64,000 bases of DNA, from assembly GCA_049967475.1 (NCBI GenBank), contig JBMFSQ010000001.1, positions 86,600-150,599 of the forward strand, given 5' to 3'. The position numbers were made by a program, and so were the translations under genes. Under the pieces are notes generated by a model. It saw only the letters and a list, made by a program, of their open reading frames with translations. It had not been told where the DNA came from and made no database searches. Positions 40,096-50,388 of this stretch are shown here, piece after piece. The stretch's first letter is position 1, and every line of letters begins with the position of its first letter. This DNA comes from Chthonomonadales bacterium. GTDB lineage: Bacteria; Armatimonadota; Chthonomonadetes; Chthonomonadales; CAJBBX01.

Positions 40096-43000
40096 GTGTG
40101 GCTCACCAAACTGGCAATCGCCCGACCCGTCGTCATATGGATGGCCCTGGCTGCAGTAGCCATCCTGGGGGTCTTGGCGTATCTTCGCCTGCCTGCCGAT
40201 CTCAACCCACAGGTAGATATCCCTACGGTCACCGTCGTGACCGTGTACCCTGGCGCGGGGCCCCGGGAAGTTGAGGCTTTGGTAACCAAACCGCTCGAGG
40301 ACGCGGTGGGCTCCGTCAGCGGTGTGAAGGATGTTTTCTCCAGCTCCCAAGAAGCCGTGTCCATCATCAGTATGGATCTGGTGGTGGGGACGGATATGGA
40401 TCGGGCGGTAGCCGCGATCCGGGAGAAAGTAGACGCTGCCCGCGCCCTCCTTCCCGACGGAGCACAGACCCCCGTTGTGGCGCGCCTGGATATCAATGCT
40501 CAGCCGGTGCTCTATCTGGCTGTAACCGCCGATCGGCCGCTTTCGGAATTGTGGAATACCGTCAACGACGTGCTGAAGCCGCGACTGGCACGGGTAGTTG
40601 GTGTAGCTTCGGTTACAGTGCTGGGCGGTGAGCGCCAGGAAGTTCGGGTGGATGTGAGCGCTCGCAGGCTGGAAGAATATGGAGTTACCCTGGAAGACGT
40701 GGTCAACGCGGTGAAGGCAGGCAGTCAGAATGTACCGGGCGGCTCCGTGGAGCAGGGGCGACGACAGATTGGGGTGAGGACGCTGGCGGCATTTACGCGG
40801 CTGGAAGAGATACGCCAGGCCCAGATCCTTTCACCTGCTCTGATGATGGCGTCCCCTCCGCTCTTTCCGGGTATGGTGCCCGGCTCCTTGAAGCCCGCCC
40901 TGCCGGCACCGGTGACCATTGGGGATGTGGCGCGGGTATATGAAGCCCCTCAGCGCCCCAGAACCCTGACACGCGCCAATGGGCGGCCCAGCATCGGCAT
41001 CGTCATCACCAAAACAGCGGATGCCAATACGGTAAGCGTGGTGGACGGGGTCAAACGAATGCTGGCCCAGTTGAGGCCGACCCTTCCACCGGATGTGCGG
41101 TTCATAACTTCCCGCGATGACGCGGGGGTGGTTCGTGACGCCCTCAATGACGTGGATGCCACTTTGGTTCTGGGTGCAATCCTCGCCATGCTCGTGGTAT
41201 TCGTGTTCCTCCACAATATCAGGGGAACCGTCATTGTTGCGTTGGCGCTGCCGGCATGTATGGTAGCCACGTTCCTTGCCATGTATTTCGCGCATTTCAC
41301 GCTCAACCAAATGACGCTGCTGGCCTTATCCCTTTCCGTAGGCATCCTGATTGACGACAGCATCGTGGTTCTGGAGAGCATCACCCGACACCTTGGCAGG
41401 GGCGAGACTCCAACAGAGGCAGCCTATAACGGGCGAACGGAAATCGGCTTCGCCAGCGTTACCCTCACGCTTTCGGATGTAGTGGTCTTCCTACCCATCG
41501 CCTTCATGGGCGGCATCGTGGGGGCGTTCTTCCGGCAGTTCGGGCTTACGGTAGTGGCTGCGACCCTCTTTTCGCTGGTGGTGTCCTTTACATTGACACC
41601 CAGCTTGGCTTCCCGCTGGTATCGGCAGGGGGAAGACCCAGAGCATCCGCGCGGCGGCATCTTCTTCACCTTTGAAGCTTGGTACCGCCGTGTGACGCTG
41701 GGTTACCAGCGGTTGCTCCACGGGGCGCTGCGTCACCGGACTGCGGTGCTCGCATGGGCAACCGTGCTCCTGATCGCCGCAGCGCTGGTTATTGCACCGT
41801 CATTGGGCTTCGAGTTTTTGCCGGCAACAGATCAGGGGCAGATCGTGGTCACTGCGGAGCTTCCGCCGGATGCGTCGTTGGAAGCCACAGATCGAATTGC
41901 GCGGAAGATCGAGGCTCGTCTTGTCGGTCAACCGGACGTAGAGAATTATGTTACGACCGTAGGGCAGATCCTTGGCGGCTTTGGCGCAATTCCCCAGCAG
42001 GGTCCGCAGTATGCCCAAATCAACGTGAGGCTATGGAACCGTGCCGGCTTGTTGGAGCGCCTTCTGGCCCTCGGCAGAACACCTCCCCACACGCGCACCC
42101 GTACCGACGCTCAGGTAGTTGAGGCCATCCGATCATCGCTGAGCGGCATCGCCGGAGCGCGCATCACCGTAGCACCCGTGCGGACCGTTGCCAACGTAGG
42201 GCCACCCGTTCAGATACAGCTTCGGGGGGCGGACCTAAATGACCTTACGAGTGCCGCTACTCAACTTCGCGATCGGCTGCGGCAGATGCCCGGCGTTTTC
42301 GATGCGGACATCTCGGTGCGACCGGGGCGCAGCGAGCTGGCCGTCAGAGTGGACCGCGTGAAGGCCGCTGCCATGGATTTGCCGCCGGCTGAGGTCGGCC
42401 TAATGGTGCGGGATGCACTGGAAGGTAATGCCGAGAGTGTGCTTCGCGAGGGAGGCACCGAGAAGCCCATCCGCGTGGAGTTGGCCGATATTGACCGCAA
42501 CGACCGCGAGGATATGGTGCGCCTGCCTGTGGGTGTGAGCCAGGGAAGGGCAGTGCTTCTGGGCCAGGTATCCGATTTCAACATGGAGACCGCGCCGACG
42601 GCGATAGACCGCATCAATGGGCAGCGGATGGTGACCGTGACCGCCAACCTTGCTCCCGGATACGCTTTGGGCACGGCGCAGGCAGACATTGATGCCCGGC
42701 GAGCGGACATCCCCATGCCTGGCATCGAGGTGCATTGGGGCGGAGAGACCGAAGCGATGCAGGAGAATGCAGGGTATTTCGCCATGGCCCTGGGGCTTGC
42801 CGTGGTCTTGGTCTATCTGGTGATGGCGTCTCTGTTCAATTCACTTCTGAACCCCTTCGTCATCATGTTCACACTTCCCATGGCGCTGGTAGGCGGATTG
42901 GGAGCGCTGGCTCTAACGGGAAGCACACTTTCGCTGGTAGCCATGATCGGCATCATCATGTTGGTAGGGCTCATGGGGCGCAACGCCATCTTGTTGATTG

Positions 43001-43281
43001 ATTACACTGGAACGCTTCGTGCGCGAGGAATGGCTCGGAATGAGGCTGTGGCGGAGGCCGGAGCGACGCGCCTGCGTCCCATCCTGATGACGACACTGGC
43101 CACCATGTTGGGGATGCTTCCGGTAGCCCTGCGCATCGGCCGCGCTTCGGAGCTGCGTGCGCCCATGGCCATCGTGGTAATCGGCGGTCTGCTTCTATCA
43201 ACCCTTCTGACACTCGTGGTGGTTCCGCTCCTATACACGCTCTTCGATGACCTGCGGGAGCGCCTCATCCGCCGGGTTTGA
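40096..43281 (+). CDS. AcrB/AcrD/AcrF-family RND permease
   Basis: AIARPV, GILIDDSIVVLE, VVFLPIAF, RNAILLID, RLRPILMTT; 1061 aa. Confidence 0.95.
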   Translation: MWLTKLAIARPVVIWMALAAVAILGVLAYLRLPADLNPQVDIPTVTVVTVYPGAGPREVEALVTKPLEDAVGSVSGVKDVFSSSQEAVSIISMDLVVGTDMDRAVAAIREKVDAARALLPDGAQTPVVARLDINAQPVLYLAVTADRPLSELWNTVNDVLKPRLARVVGVASVTVLGGERQEVRVDVSARRLEEYGVTLEDVVNAVKAGSQNVPGGSVEQGRRQIGVRTLAAFTRLEEIRQAQILSPALMMASPPLFPGMVPGSLKPALPAPVTIGDVARVYEAPQRPRTLTRANGRPSIGIVITKTADANTVSVVDGVKRMLAQLRPTLPPDVRFITSRDDAGVVRDALNDVDATLVLGAILAMLVVFVFLHNIRGTVIVALALPACMVATFLAMYFAHFTLNQMTLLALSLSVGILIDDSIVVLESITRHLGRGETPTEAAYNGRTEIGFASVTLTLSDVVVFLPIAFMGGIVGAFFRQFGLTVVAATLFSLVVSFTLTPSLASRWYRQGEDPEHPRGGIFFTFEAWYRRVTLGYQRLLHGALRHRTAVLAWATVLLIAAALVIAPSLGFEFLPATDQGQIVVTAELPPDASLEATDRIARKIEARLVGQPDVENYVTTVGQILGGFGAIPQQGPQYAQINVRLWNRAGLLERLLALGRTPPHTRTRTDAQVVEAIRSSLSGIAGARITVAPVRTVANVGPPVQIQLRGADLNDLTSAATQLRDRLRQMPGVFDADISVRPGRSELAVRVDRVKAAAMDLPPAEVGLMVRDALEGNAESVLREGGTEKPIRVELADIDRNDREDMVRLPVGVSQGRAVLLGQVSDFNMETAPTAIDRINGQRMVTVTANLAPGYALGTAQADIDARRADIPMPGIEVHWGGETEAMQENAGYFAMALGLAVVLVYLVMASLFNSLLNPFVIMFTLPMALVGGLGALALTGSTLSLVAMIGIIMLVGLMGRNAILLIDYTGTLRARGMARNEAVAEAGATRLRPILMTTLATMLGMLPVALRIGRASELRAPMAIVVIGGLLLSTLLTLVVVPLLYTLFDDLRERLIRRV

Positions 43282-43379
43282 CGTGCGCGTTTCTGCGTCG
43301 GTTAGCGTGTTTTCTCAAGATCCATACGCTCCTTGTCCCGACCGGGTAGAATGTAGCGGGTAAGAGGAGGCCAGATACC

Positions 43380-44843
43380 ATGAGGAAGACGCTCTTTTTG
43401 AGCCCGCCATCGTTCGAGGGCTTCGACGGAGGCGCGGGCAGCCGATATCAGGCTCGGAGGGAGATCACTTCCTTCTGGTATCCTACTTGGTTGGCTCAAC
43501 CGGCTGCTTTGGTGCCCGGAAGCAGGCTCGTTGATGCCCCGCCCCATGGCCTCTCCGTAGGCGACGTGCTGCAGATTGCTAGGGACTATGAGCTGGTAAT
43601 CCTGCATACGAGCACCCCATCACTGCCCAACGACATCAAGTGCGCCGAAGCCATCAAGGCTCAGAACCCCGGCACGTTGGTGGGGATGATCGGCGCTCAC
43701 GTGGCCGTGCTCCCCGAAGAGACGTTGCGTCAGGCGCCGGTGCTGGATTTCGTGTGCCGCAACGAATTCGATTATACGTGCCTTGAAGTAGCGCAAGGGC
43801 TGCCTTTTTCCCAGATACGGGGTCTCAGCTACAGGGACGCTGCGGGCAACATCGTGCACAACCCCGAGCGCGAGCTTGTACCCGATTGGGATGCCATGCC
43901 TAGCGTGCTGCCTGTATACCACCGGGACCTGGATATCGAGAAGTATTTCATCGGTTACTTGCTCCACCCATACATCTCGTTCTACACAGGGCGTGGATGC
44001 CCGGCAAAGTGCACATTCTGCCTGTGGCCGCAGACCATCGGGGGGCACAAGTACCGCACGAAGTCTCCGGCAGTTGTAATCCGGGAGCTGGAAGAGGGTA
44101 AGGCCCTCTGGGGCGACCGCGTGCGGGAGTGGATGTTCGACGACGACACGTTTACCATAGACAAGGCACGGGCCATCGAGATCAGCAAGGGGCTCAAGAG
44201 GCTCAAACTTACCTGGTCCTGCAATGCCCGCGCACACGTGGATTACGACACGCTCAAGCAACTTCGTGACAATGGGTTGCGCCTGCTGCTTGTGGGGTTT
44301 GAGAGTGGGAACCAGGCAATCCTCAACCGGATCAAGAAGGGCATCACGCTGGATATGGCTCGGCAGTTCATGAAGAATTGCCACAAACTAGGCATCAAGG
44401 TGCACGGCACGTTCATCATTGGGCTTCCTTTGGAGACGAAGGAGACCATCGAAGAGACGATACGGTTTGCACAAGAGCTGGATCCTCACACCATCCAGGT
44501 GTCTATTGCCGCCCCCTATCCCGGCACAGAGCTTTACGACCAGGCGGTGCGCAACGGGTGGTTGGACTCCAACGTCCTCGTTGCCGGGAGCGGCATCCAG
44601 ACCTCCACGCTCCGTTATCCTAACTTATCTCCGGAGGAGATGGAGGAAGCGGTGGAGCGGATGTACAAGCGGTTCTACTTCCGCCTCAAACCCATCCTTC
44701 GCATCGTCCGTGAGATGGCTGGGGACCGGCAGATGCTGGTGCGGCGCCTGCGGGAGGGGCGCGAGTTCTTCGACTATCTGAAGGAGCGCAAGCAGATTGC
44801 CCGGGCTCACCAGGGTCAACGGGCCTCTCAAGGTGCGGTATAG
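43380..44843 (+). CDS. hpnJ: Hopanoid biosynthesis radical SAM protein HpnJ
   Basis: PPSFEGFDGGAGSRYQARREI..FWYPTWLAQ signature, GRGCPAKCTFCLWPQT. Confidence 0.95.
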   Translation: MRKTLFLSPPSFEGFDGGAGSRYQARREITSFWYPTWLAQPAALVPGSRLVDAPPHGLSVGDVLQIARDYELVILHTSTPSLPNDIKCAEAIKAQNPGTLVGMIGAHVAVLPEETLRQAPVLDFVCRNEFDYTCLEVAQGLPFSQIRGLSYRDAAGNIVHNPERELVPDWDAMPSVLPVYHRDLDIEKYFIGYLLHPYISFYTGRGCPAKCTFCLWPQTIGGHKYRTKSPAVVIRELEEGKALWGDRVREWMFDDDTFTIDKARAIEISKGLKRLKLTWSCNARAHVDYDTLKQLRDNGLRLLLVGFESGNQAILNRIKKGITLDMARQFMKNCHKLGIKVHGTFIIGLPLETKETIEETIRFAQELDPHTIQVSIAAPYPGTELYDQAVRNGWLDSNVLVAGSGIQTSTLRYPNLSPEEMEEAVERMYKRFYFRLKPILRIVREMAGDRQMLVRRLREGREFFDYLKERKQIARAHQGQRASQGAV

Positions 44844-44881
44844 ACCTGCATCCTCCTGGGGATTGCTGCACTGCGCGGGGA

Positions 44882-45745
44882 ATGCAGCCGGTGCCTGCAA
44901 TGCGCGGCCTCATACTCAACGCCGACGACTTCGGAGCCAGCCCTCGGGTGAACGAGGCGGTGGCGCGGGCGTTCGGGGAGGGAGTTCTCACCAGCGCCAG
45001 TCTCATGGTGAGCGAAGAGGCGTCCGGCTCTGCCGTGTGCCTCGCTCGGCAGCACCCTGGGCTGGCGGTCGGCTTGCATTTGGTGCTGAGCTGCGGCTCC
45101 GCGGCCCTGCCAAGGGAGCAGATCCCGCATCTGGTAGGGCGAGACGGCCGCTTTTTTCCCTCACCTGCTGTGGCAGGGCTCAGAGTTTTCTACCATCCTG
45201 AAGCCCGCCGGGAGGCCGCCAAGGAGATCGCGACCCAGTTCGAGCGCTTTGCAGACACTGGGGTGCCCTTCGACCACGTAAACGGCCATCAGCACCTGCA
45301 TCTGCACCCGGTGATTTGGCGGCTGGTGATGCGCCAGTGCCGCAGGTTCGGCGTAGGTGCGGTGCGTATTCCCTTTGAGGAGTTGCGGCTCTTCACCCCA
45401 GGCCGCATGGTGGGGCGGGTGGCGGAGTGGGCGGCCTTTCGGGCGCTCCGCGCCTGGTGTCTTAGGCAGGCCCGGGAGAACAACCTTGTAACCGCCGTTC
45501 GCGTCTATGGGCATCTCGAAACAGGTCGGGTCACCGAGCATTACCTGCTGTATTTGCTGGATCGCCTCCCGGCCGGGGTAAGTGAGGTTTATCTTCATCC
45601 CGGCGCAGGCGATGATGGCGATGGTGAGCTTGAAGCTTTGCTGAGTGCATCGGTAAGGCGCCGGATGCAAGAGCGGGGCGTGGCTCCGTTCACCTATAGC
45701 CGCCTGGCGGCTTTCATTGCCGACGGGAAGATGCCTGCCGCCTAG
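44882..45745 (+). CDS. hpnK: Hopanoid biosynthesis deacetylase HpnK (YdjC family)
   Basis: LILNADDFG, VGLHL, HVNGHQHLHLHP, EVYLHP. Confidence 0.88.
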   Translation: MQPVPAMRGLILNADDFGASPRVNEAVARAFGEGVLTSASLMVSEEASGSAVCLARQHPGLAVGLHLVLSCGSAALPREQIPHLVGRDGRFFPSPAVAGLRVFYHPEARREAAKEIATQFERFADTGVPFDHVNGHQHLHLHPVIWRLVMRQCRRFGVGAVRIPFEELRLFTPGRMVGRVAEWAAFRALRAWCLRQARENNLVTAVRVYGHLETGRVTEHYLLYLLDRLPAGVSEVYLHPGAGDDGDGELEALLSASVRRRMQERGVAPFTYSRLAAFIADGKMPAA

Positions 45746-45750
45746 GGGCG

Positions 45751-46563
45751 TTATCTGTAAACCCTGGCGGACCGGGTGCGGGAAGCGGCAAGAAGCGTGC
45801 GCCGTTCCTCGTAATTCCAGCGGTTGGCGTAGACGAGGATCACATTGGTGAGCCATCGTCTGGGGCGGATGAGCATCTTGCCTTTGTAATAGAGTCCCAG
45901 CGAAGAGCCCGCATCCAGATTGATTGCGTTGATTGCGCCCAGGGCGCGCATTGCGCGGGCGAGCCTGGAAAGGTATACCGGTTTGCGCGTCGCGACAAAT
46001 ACGAGCACGTTGCTCCGTGTGACACCTACCGCGAGGCGGCTGTTGTGTGTCAGCATCCGCTGATCGTGGAAGCCTTCGGGCCGCGGATCCACGTACACGA
46101 GGCCGTCGTGGATGAGCCTTGGGCCGCTGCGAAGCACAAAGTCGAAGCGGCTCCAATCCTGGTGCGTATATCGCTTGGGCTGGAGGAACTCGACCTCGTT
46201 GTTATCGGTAATGCACAGGGCCGTGCCGACACCGCCAAAATGGGCAAGCTCACCATCAATGACGATGTCTCCGATAGGAACGTGGTTGCGCGTACTGAAG
46301 AAAGTACCGGTGACCGCAACGGTAGGCTCTGCGCGACGCACCATTTGGGCAAACGGCTCCGCGTGGCCCGCGCCATACCTGGCAAGTTCCGCCGTCACTT
46401 TGACGTTCAGATCTTTCAGATCCACGAAGATTGCCTTTACGGGCACGCCGGCGGCGTAAGTCTCTACCATGCGGATGCTCTGGGCGTGTGCAGGCACGTG
46501 GCCGGCTAGAGCGGCCGCGACCATCGCGGTGAGCACCGTGTTGGCTTTGTTGCGGGTGTGCAT
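45751..46563 (-). CDS. Phosphodiester glycosidase (NAGPA-like) family exported protein
   Basis: SGPRLI, RLAVGV, AINLDAGSS; signal peptide from ATG 46563. Confidence 0.8.
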   Translation of the reverse strand: MHTRNKANTVLTAMVAAALAGHVPAHAQSIRMVETYAAGVPVKAIFVDLKDLNVKVTAELARYGAGHAEPFAQMVRRAEPTVAVTGTFFSTRNHVPIGDIVIDGELAHFGGVGTALCITDNNEVEFLQPKRYTHQDWSRFDFVLRSGPRLIHDGLVYVDPRPEGFHDQRMLTHNSRLAVGVTRSNVLVFVATRKPVYLSRLARAMRALGAINAINLDAGSSLGLYYKGKMLIRPRRWLTNVILVYANRWNYEERRTLLAASRTRSARVYR

Positions 46564-46760
46564 CAATGAGTTCGCCTTGGCAGGATGCAGTCCTTTGGTG
46601 ATCTTTCCCCGGTTTGCATCGGTGTGGCTGCACGGTTCTGCGTGAAGATTGTTCCATATCCGGCAGCCGCAGCGCATTCCGAAGGAAGTTGGATTGTTCA
46701 CCGACCCCAAGCGCGCCGGACCCAGCCTGCGGCGGCAGCATCAGACACAGGCAGTGCCGA

Positions 46761-48260
46761 TCAAGGCTTCAGCACGAAGGCGTCTATACCCACCAGCGTG
46801 CCTACGGATTGAGGGTTCTTGCCTGTGATCCGCACTACGATGGGATTGCCTCCAGTCTTGAGGCTCACTCGACCGAGGCTCACCGCACCTGAGGGCACTA
46901 CGTCGGGATTGTACAGATCAACCTCGGGGCCGACAGGCCGGCCGTTGTAGAGGATCTGGATGCGGCCGTAGTCCTTGGCCTTGGTGAAATAGCCGACGAG
47001 TTCGTAGGTGCCTGCTGCGGCGACTGGGAGCATGAGAGTCAACTCGTCACCTGGTTTGCCGCCAGTCCACCAAAGCTGGCTCTCGCCGCTCCAATCGCCG
47101 TCGAAGGATCCCATGTCTTGGGTGGATACTGATCCGCCGGTGGCTTTGGCGTTTGGAATGAGGGCTTCTCCTTCGATGGCGCCTTGGATCTTGAACGGAG
47201 GCGGCGGTACGAACGGCAGCAGATCTGCAGGATTGGCGGGTAGCGGTGGGAATGGAGCGTGGGGCTCCGACTGGTACCAATAGGCAACGCTCGAGTAATC
47301 GGCCTCCGTGTCGTTCTGATTGCCGTGCTCGATGGTTACGCGGATAGATTTGTGGAACGGAATGGCGTCCTCGATGTGCCACCGGTACGCGCTGATGCGG
47401 CCATGCTGATCATCTTTGATGACGCATCCGTGATAGGGAGCTGAGTAAGGACCTCGGTCGAAATACCAGCCGCTGGAGAAATAGTCTTCCGTACCTGTTC
47501 CATTGATGGAAGGGGTTGTTTCGCCGTCTATGTAGACCATCTCATCGCCTTCCAGGAAGCCCAGGCCGTGTCCCTTGCGGTTTTGCATGAACAGAGCGGT
47601 TCCAACATAGTGGCCCTGCCCCGTCGCTTCCAGGATGGTATAGTTCTTGCCCTTTGTCGTTGGGTTTTCGCGACGCCACTGGGCATGGAAATGGCGCAGA
47701 TCCTTAGGCAGGGATTTGTAAGCGGTGAAGTCTATGTTGTAGTAGAACGCGTCTATTCTGCGCTTGCTCAAGTTGGTGAGCGTCCATTTGGCGGACTTAT
47801 GAAAGGGCATGGGCCAATAGCAGTTGTACCCGCCGCTGGTTTCGTTGAGGGGGAGGGAGATATAATCGTGCTGTTCTCCAAAGCCCACTCCGAAAAAATC
47901 TCCGATGGGGACCTCTACACTGGGTGTCGGCTCGTCGTCCCAGTACATGCGCAGGATTGCCTGGCGGTGGATGGTCATTTCCGACCGTGGAGCGATGGTT
48001 ACCCAGAAGCGCCGGATGATGCCTGCGCCTTTGTAATCGAGAAGGGTGATCGTTTGGCCGGGATCTACCGGGCGTGCATCGCCGTTCCCCCCGGATCGGT
48101 CCCAGCTTCCTTCGTGTTTCGCGATGCCGTCGTGGGGAAGTACGAGGCCGGCTAGGGGACTGCCCAATACCGCCGCCGGATTGCGCCCTTGGGCGGCTGC
48201 AAGCATGGGCGCTGCTAGCGTGAGCAGGGCTACATAGAAGCACAGAGATTTCTGGCGCAT
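46761..48260 (-). CDS. DUF2961/GH172-family glycoside hydrolase with extra C-terminal domain
   Basis: Signal peptide; LRMYWD..PSVEVPIGDFFG, NCYWPMPF, EGDEMVYIDGE, GTGTEDYF. Confidence 0.85.
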   Translation of the reverse strand: MRQKSLCFYVALLTLAAPMLAAAQGRNPAAVLGSPLAGLVLPHDGIAKHEGSWDRSGGNGDARPVDPGQTITLLDYKGAGIIRRFWVTIAPRSEMTIHRQAILRMYWDDEPTPSVEVPIGDFFGVGFGEQHDYISLPLNETSGGYNCYWPMPFHKSAKWTLTNLSKRRIDAFYYNIDFTAYKSLPKDLRHFHAQWRRENPTTKGKNYTILEATGQGHYVGTALFMQNRKGHGLGFLEGDEMVYIDGETTPSINGTGTEDYFSSGWYFDRGPYSAPYHGCVIKDDQHGRISAYRWHIEDAIPFHKSIRVTIEHGNQNDTEADYSSVAYWYQSEPHAPFPPLPANPADLLPFVPPPPFKIQGAIEGEALIPNAKATGGSVSTQDMGSFDGDWSGESQLWWTGGKPGDELTLMLPVAAAGTYELVGYFTKAKDYGRIQILYNGRPVGPEVDLYNPDVVPSGAVSLGRVSLKTGGNPIVVRITGKNPQSVGTLVGIDAFVLKP

Positions 48261-48292
48261 GGCATTCTCCTCAAATTCATGGTCGGACGGCT

Positions 48293-50284
48293 CTAGGGTG
48301 CCTTCTTCAAAACGATATCGTCATCGGAAGCGCGCAAAACAGCATCGTAGTACGCTTTTACTTGTGCATACTGATCGGCAGGCATGCGGCCTGGACGCGA
48401 CACGCTCGTAACCCGGATCGTCAGCGAGCGCCCATCCGGCGCAGGAGCGATGGTCCGCGTGTATTCGAACAGGGGACACGCGATATGAACATCCTCGGGT
48501 GTGTCTTCGATGACGTACCCCGACGGAAGATTGATCACGGTTTCGCTCGTTTGGAGGTTCGCCTCTTCCACTACGATGGGCCAAATCCGGCGCTCTTTGA
48601 CGAACGGGTTCGTCTTCTCGGGGCCGCCGGCTAGGTTCGCCACGGGAACGATAAGCAGGGACCGGGTTCGCTTCGCGCGGTTCGGGGCTGTAAGAGCCAG
48701 GCGGATGAGGTACGGGTCCCGTTTGTCGGTGCCGTCGGGAAGGGTGTACGAGTTTACGACCCCGCCGGGTGAAAAGGACTGTGCCATGGCCTGGACCACT
48801 TCCTTGCGCTGATCGGGGGTGATGCTGCGAATGTAGGCTCGCCACTGTTCTGCGGTGGATCCCTTCATGGCGGTTGTAAGCTGGATTTTGGCAGAACCGT
48901 CTGGGTTCAGATCCACACGCGTCACAGACGAGAAGCCGTTCTGATCGGGCTGAAAGCCGGGTATTGTCTCAAACGTTCCGCCGTTCTTTGTGATGACAAA
49001 GCCCTGGCAACCTCGATCTGCCGCGGGAATATCGCCGTAACCGCAGGTTTCGGCAGTGGCATCCAGCCAAACGGTCTTCCCATCCACCTCAGCCTGGGCG
49101 ATGCAGTGGTCGAAGGCATCCAGCCCCGGAAGCTGCCGGCTCACAGGCGCGCGGTATTGTGCTTGCAGGAGTACGGGCTGAGCCTTGATCCCTGCAGCCT
49201 GGAGCATCGCGATGAGGAGGATGGCTTTGTCTTTGCAGTCGCCGTAGAGTTTGTTGCACACGTCGGGTGCGGGGTGCGGCTTGAATGCCGAAAGCCCGAA
49301 TTCCAAGCCTACATACCGCACGCGATTGGCAACCCAGTCGTAGAGGGCCGCGGCTTTTTCGGCATCCGTATGCTTGCCGGCAATCGTTCGGGCCACAGTG
49401 TCTCGGATGGCGGGAGTGACGGTCATCTGGGGGCTGGCCAGCTTCCAGAACCATTGGGCGATGTCCTGCCAGGAGGCAATCGTGGTGACCTCCATCCAAG
49501 TTCGGATCTCTCGGAGGGGAGGCATGGCGGGCTCTACCTCGATAGGTCTTGCGTTGGTAAGCTGCCACGTGTAGATGCGCGTCTGGCCGTCGCCGGCTGT
49601 TGAGGTGGTGGATTTCACTCCGGCGTCGTTGTAAATTTGGAAGCGTATCTTCTTGTTTGCCGGCGCCGCCAGTGTGTAGCGGCTCAGAACCACGGGCTCC
49701 TGGCCTGTGAAGGCCCAAGTGTCCCAATAGTGCCCGGGCATGATGGCAGGGCGCGTAATTTCTTGCCACGTGTAGTCTATGACGCAGTCGTCTTCGATGC
49801 CCGGCATGGAAAAGCCGACGGCCATAGTGTCGCCGTAGAGCGGGTATTCCGAATACGGCGACGTCACGCGGATCTCGGAAGGGGACACTTCCAGGATGCG
49901 GCCGTCTCGAGTAATCGTGCGGGCCCTCAGCACTTTGATGCTCTGGTAGCTGGAATTGTAGGGGAGGTTCACCTCCGCCTGGGATCGCGCTCGTTCGTTA
50001 AAGAGCTTCAGCGTTTCGCGGTAATAAGCTACCACGGTGCCGTCGGGGCGGATGCGGACGTTTGCCAGGTCCAGCAGGCGGGCGTAGTTGCTGTTGGGCC
50101 ACTGTGCCGCTGCTGGGGCATTGCGCAGGGCTTGCTGGAGTTCGGGATCCAGGGACACGGGCTTGCTCGCGTGCTCGTGATGCCGCGAAGCGGAGTTCTG
50201 ACGAGCGCGGGCCGGCAACGGCCCTATCAGCATGGCGAGGAGCGCAAGAGAGCACGCCCCAAAAGAAAGGGAGCGGTAGTGCAC
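48293..50284 (-). CDS. DUF3857 + transglutaminase-like domain protein
   Basis: YDWVANRVRYVGLEFG, GDCKDKA, FDHCI, WLDAT triad; GTG start at 50284 after GAGGGG. Confidence 0.87.
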   Translation of the reverse strand: MHYRSLSFGACSLALLAMLIGPLPARARQNSASRHHEHASKPVSLDPELQQALRNAPAAAQWPNSNYARLLDLANVRIRPDGTVVAYYRETLKLFNERARSQAEVNLPYNSSYQSIKVLRARTITRDGRILEVSPSEIRVTSPYSEYPLYGDTMAVGFSMPGIEDDCVIDYTWQEITRPAIMPGHYWDTWAFTGQEPVVLSRYTLAAPANKKIRFQIYNDAGVKSTTSTAGDGQTRIYTWQLTNARPIEVEPAMPPLREIRTWMEVTTIASWQDIAQWFWKLASPQMTVTPAIRDTVARTIAGKHTDAEKAAALYDWVANRVRYVGLEFGLSAFKPHPAPDVCNKLYGDCKDKAILLIAMLQAAGIKAQPVLLQAQYRAPVSRQLPGLDAFDHCIAQAEVDGKTVWLDATAETCGYGDIPAADRGCQGFVITKNGGTFETIPGFQPDQNGFSSVTRVDLNPDGSAKIQLTTAMKGSTAEQWRAYIRSITPDQRKEVVQAMAQSFSPGGVVNSYTLPDGTDKRDPYLIRLALTAPNRAKRTRSLLIVPVANLAGGPEKTNPFVKERRIWPIVVEEANLQTSETVINLPSGYVIEDTPEDVHIACPLFEYTRTIAPAPDGRSLTIRVTSVSRPGRMPADQYAQVKAYYDAVLRASDDDIVLKKAP

Positions 50285-50388
50285 GGGTAATCCCCCTCGA
50301 ATTTGATGCCCGGGCCACGCCCGGTTACAGTGCAATACGGCTGGGCGGGGCCAATGGGATCCCATTACGCTCGCTTTGCGAGGCGAAT

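Noticed and set aside
46590..46700. Possible c-di-GMP riboswitch or GAACAATC direct repeats upstream of the NAGPA-like gene
   Set aside because: Only a partial GCAAAC..GAAA resemblance without the required second stem; two 8-mers 45 nt apart are not enough support.
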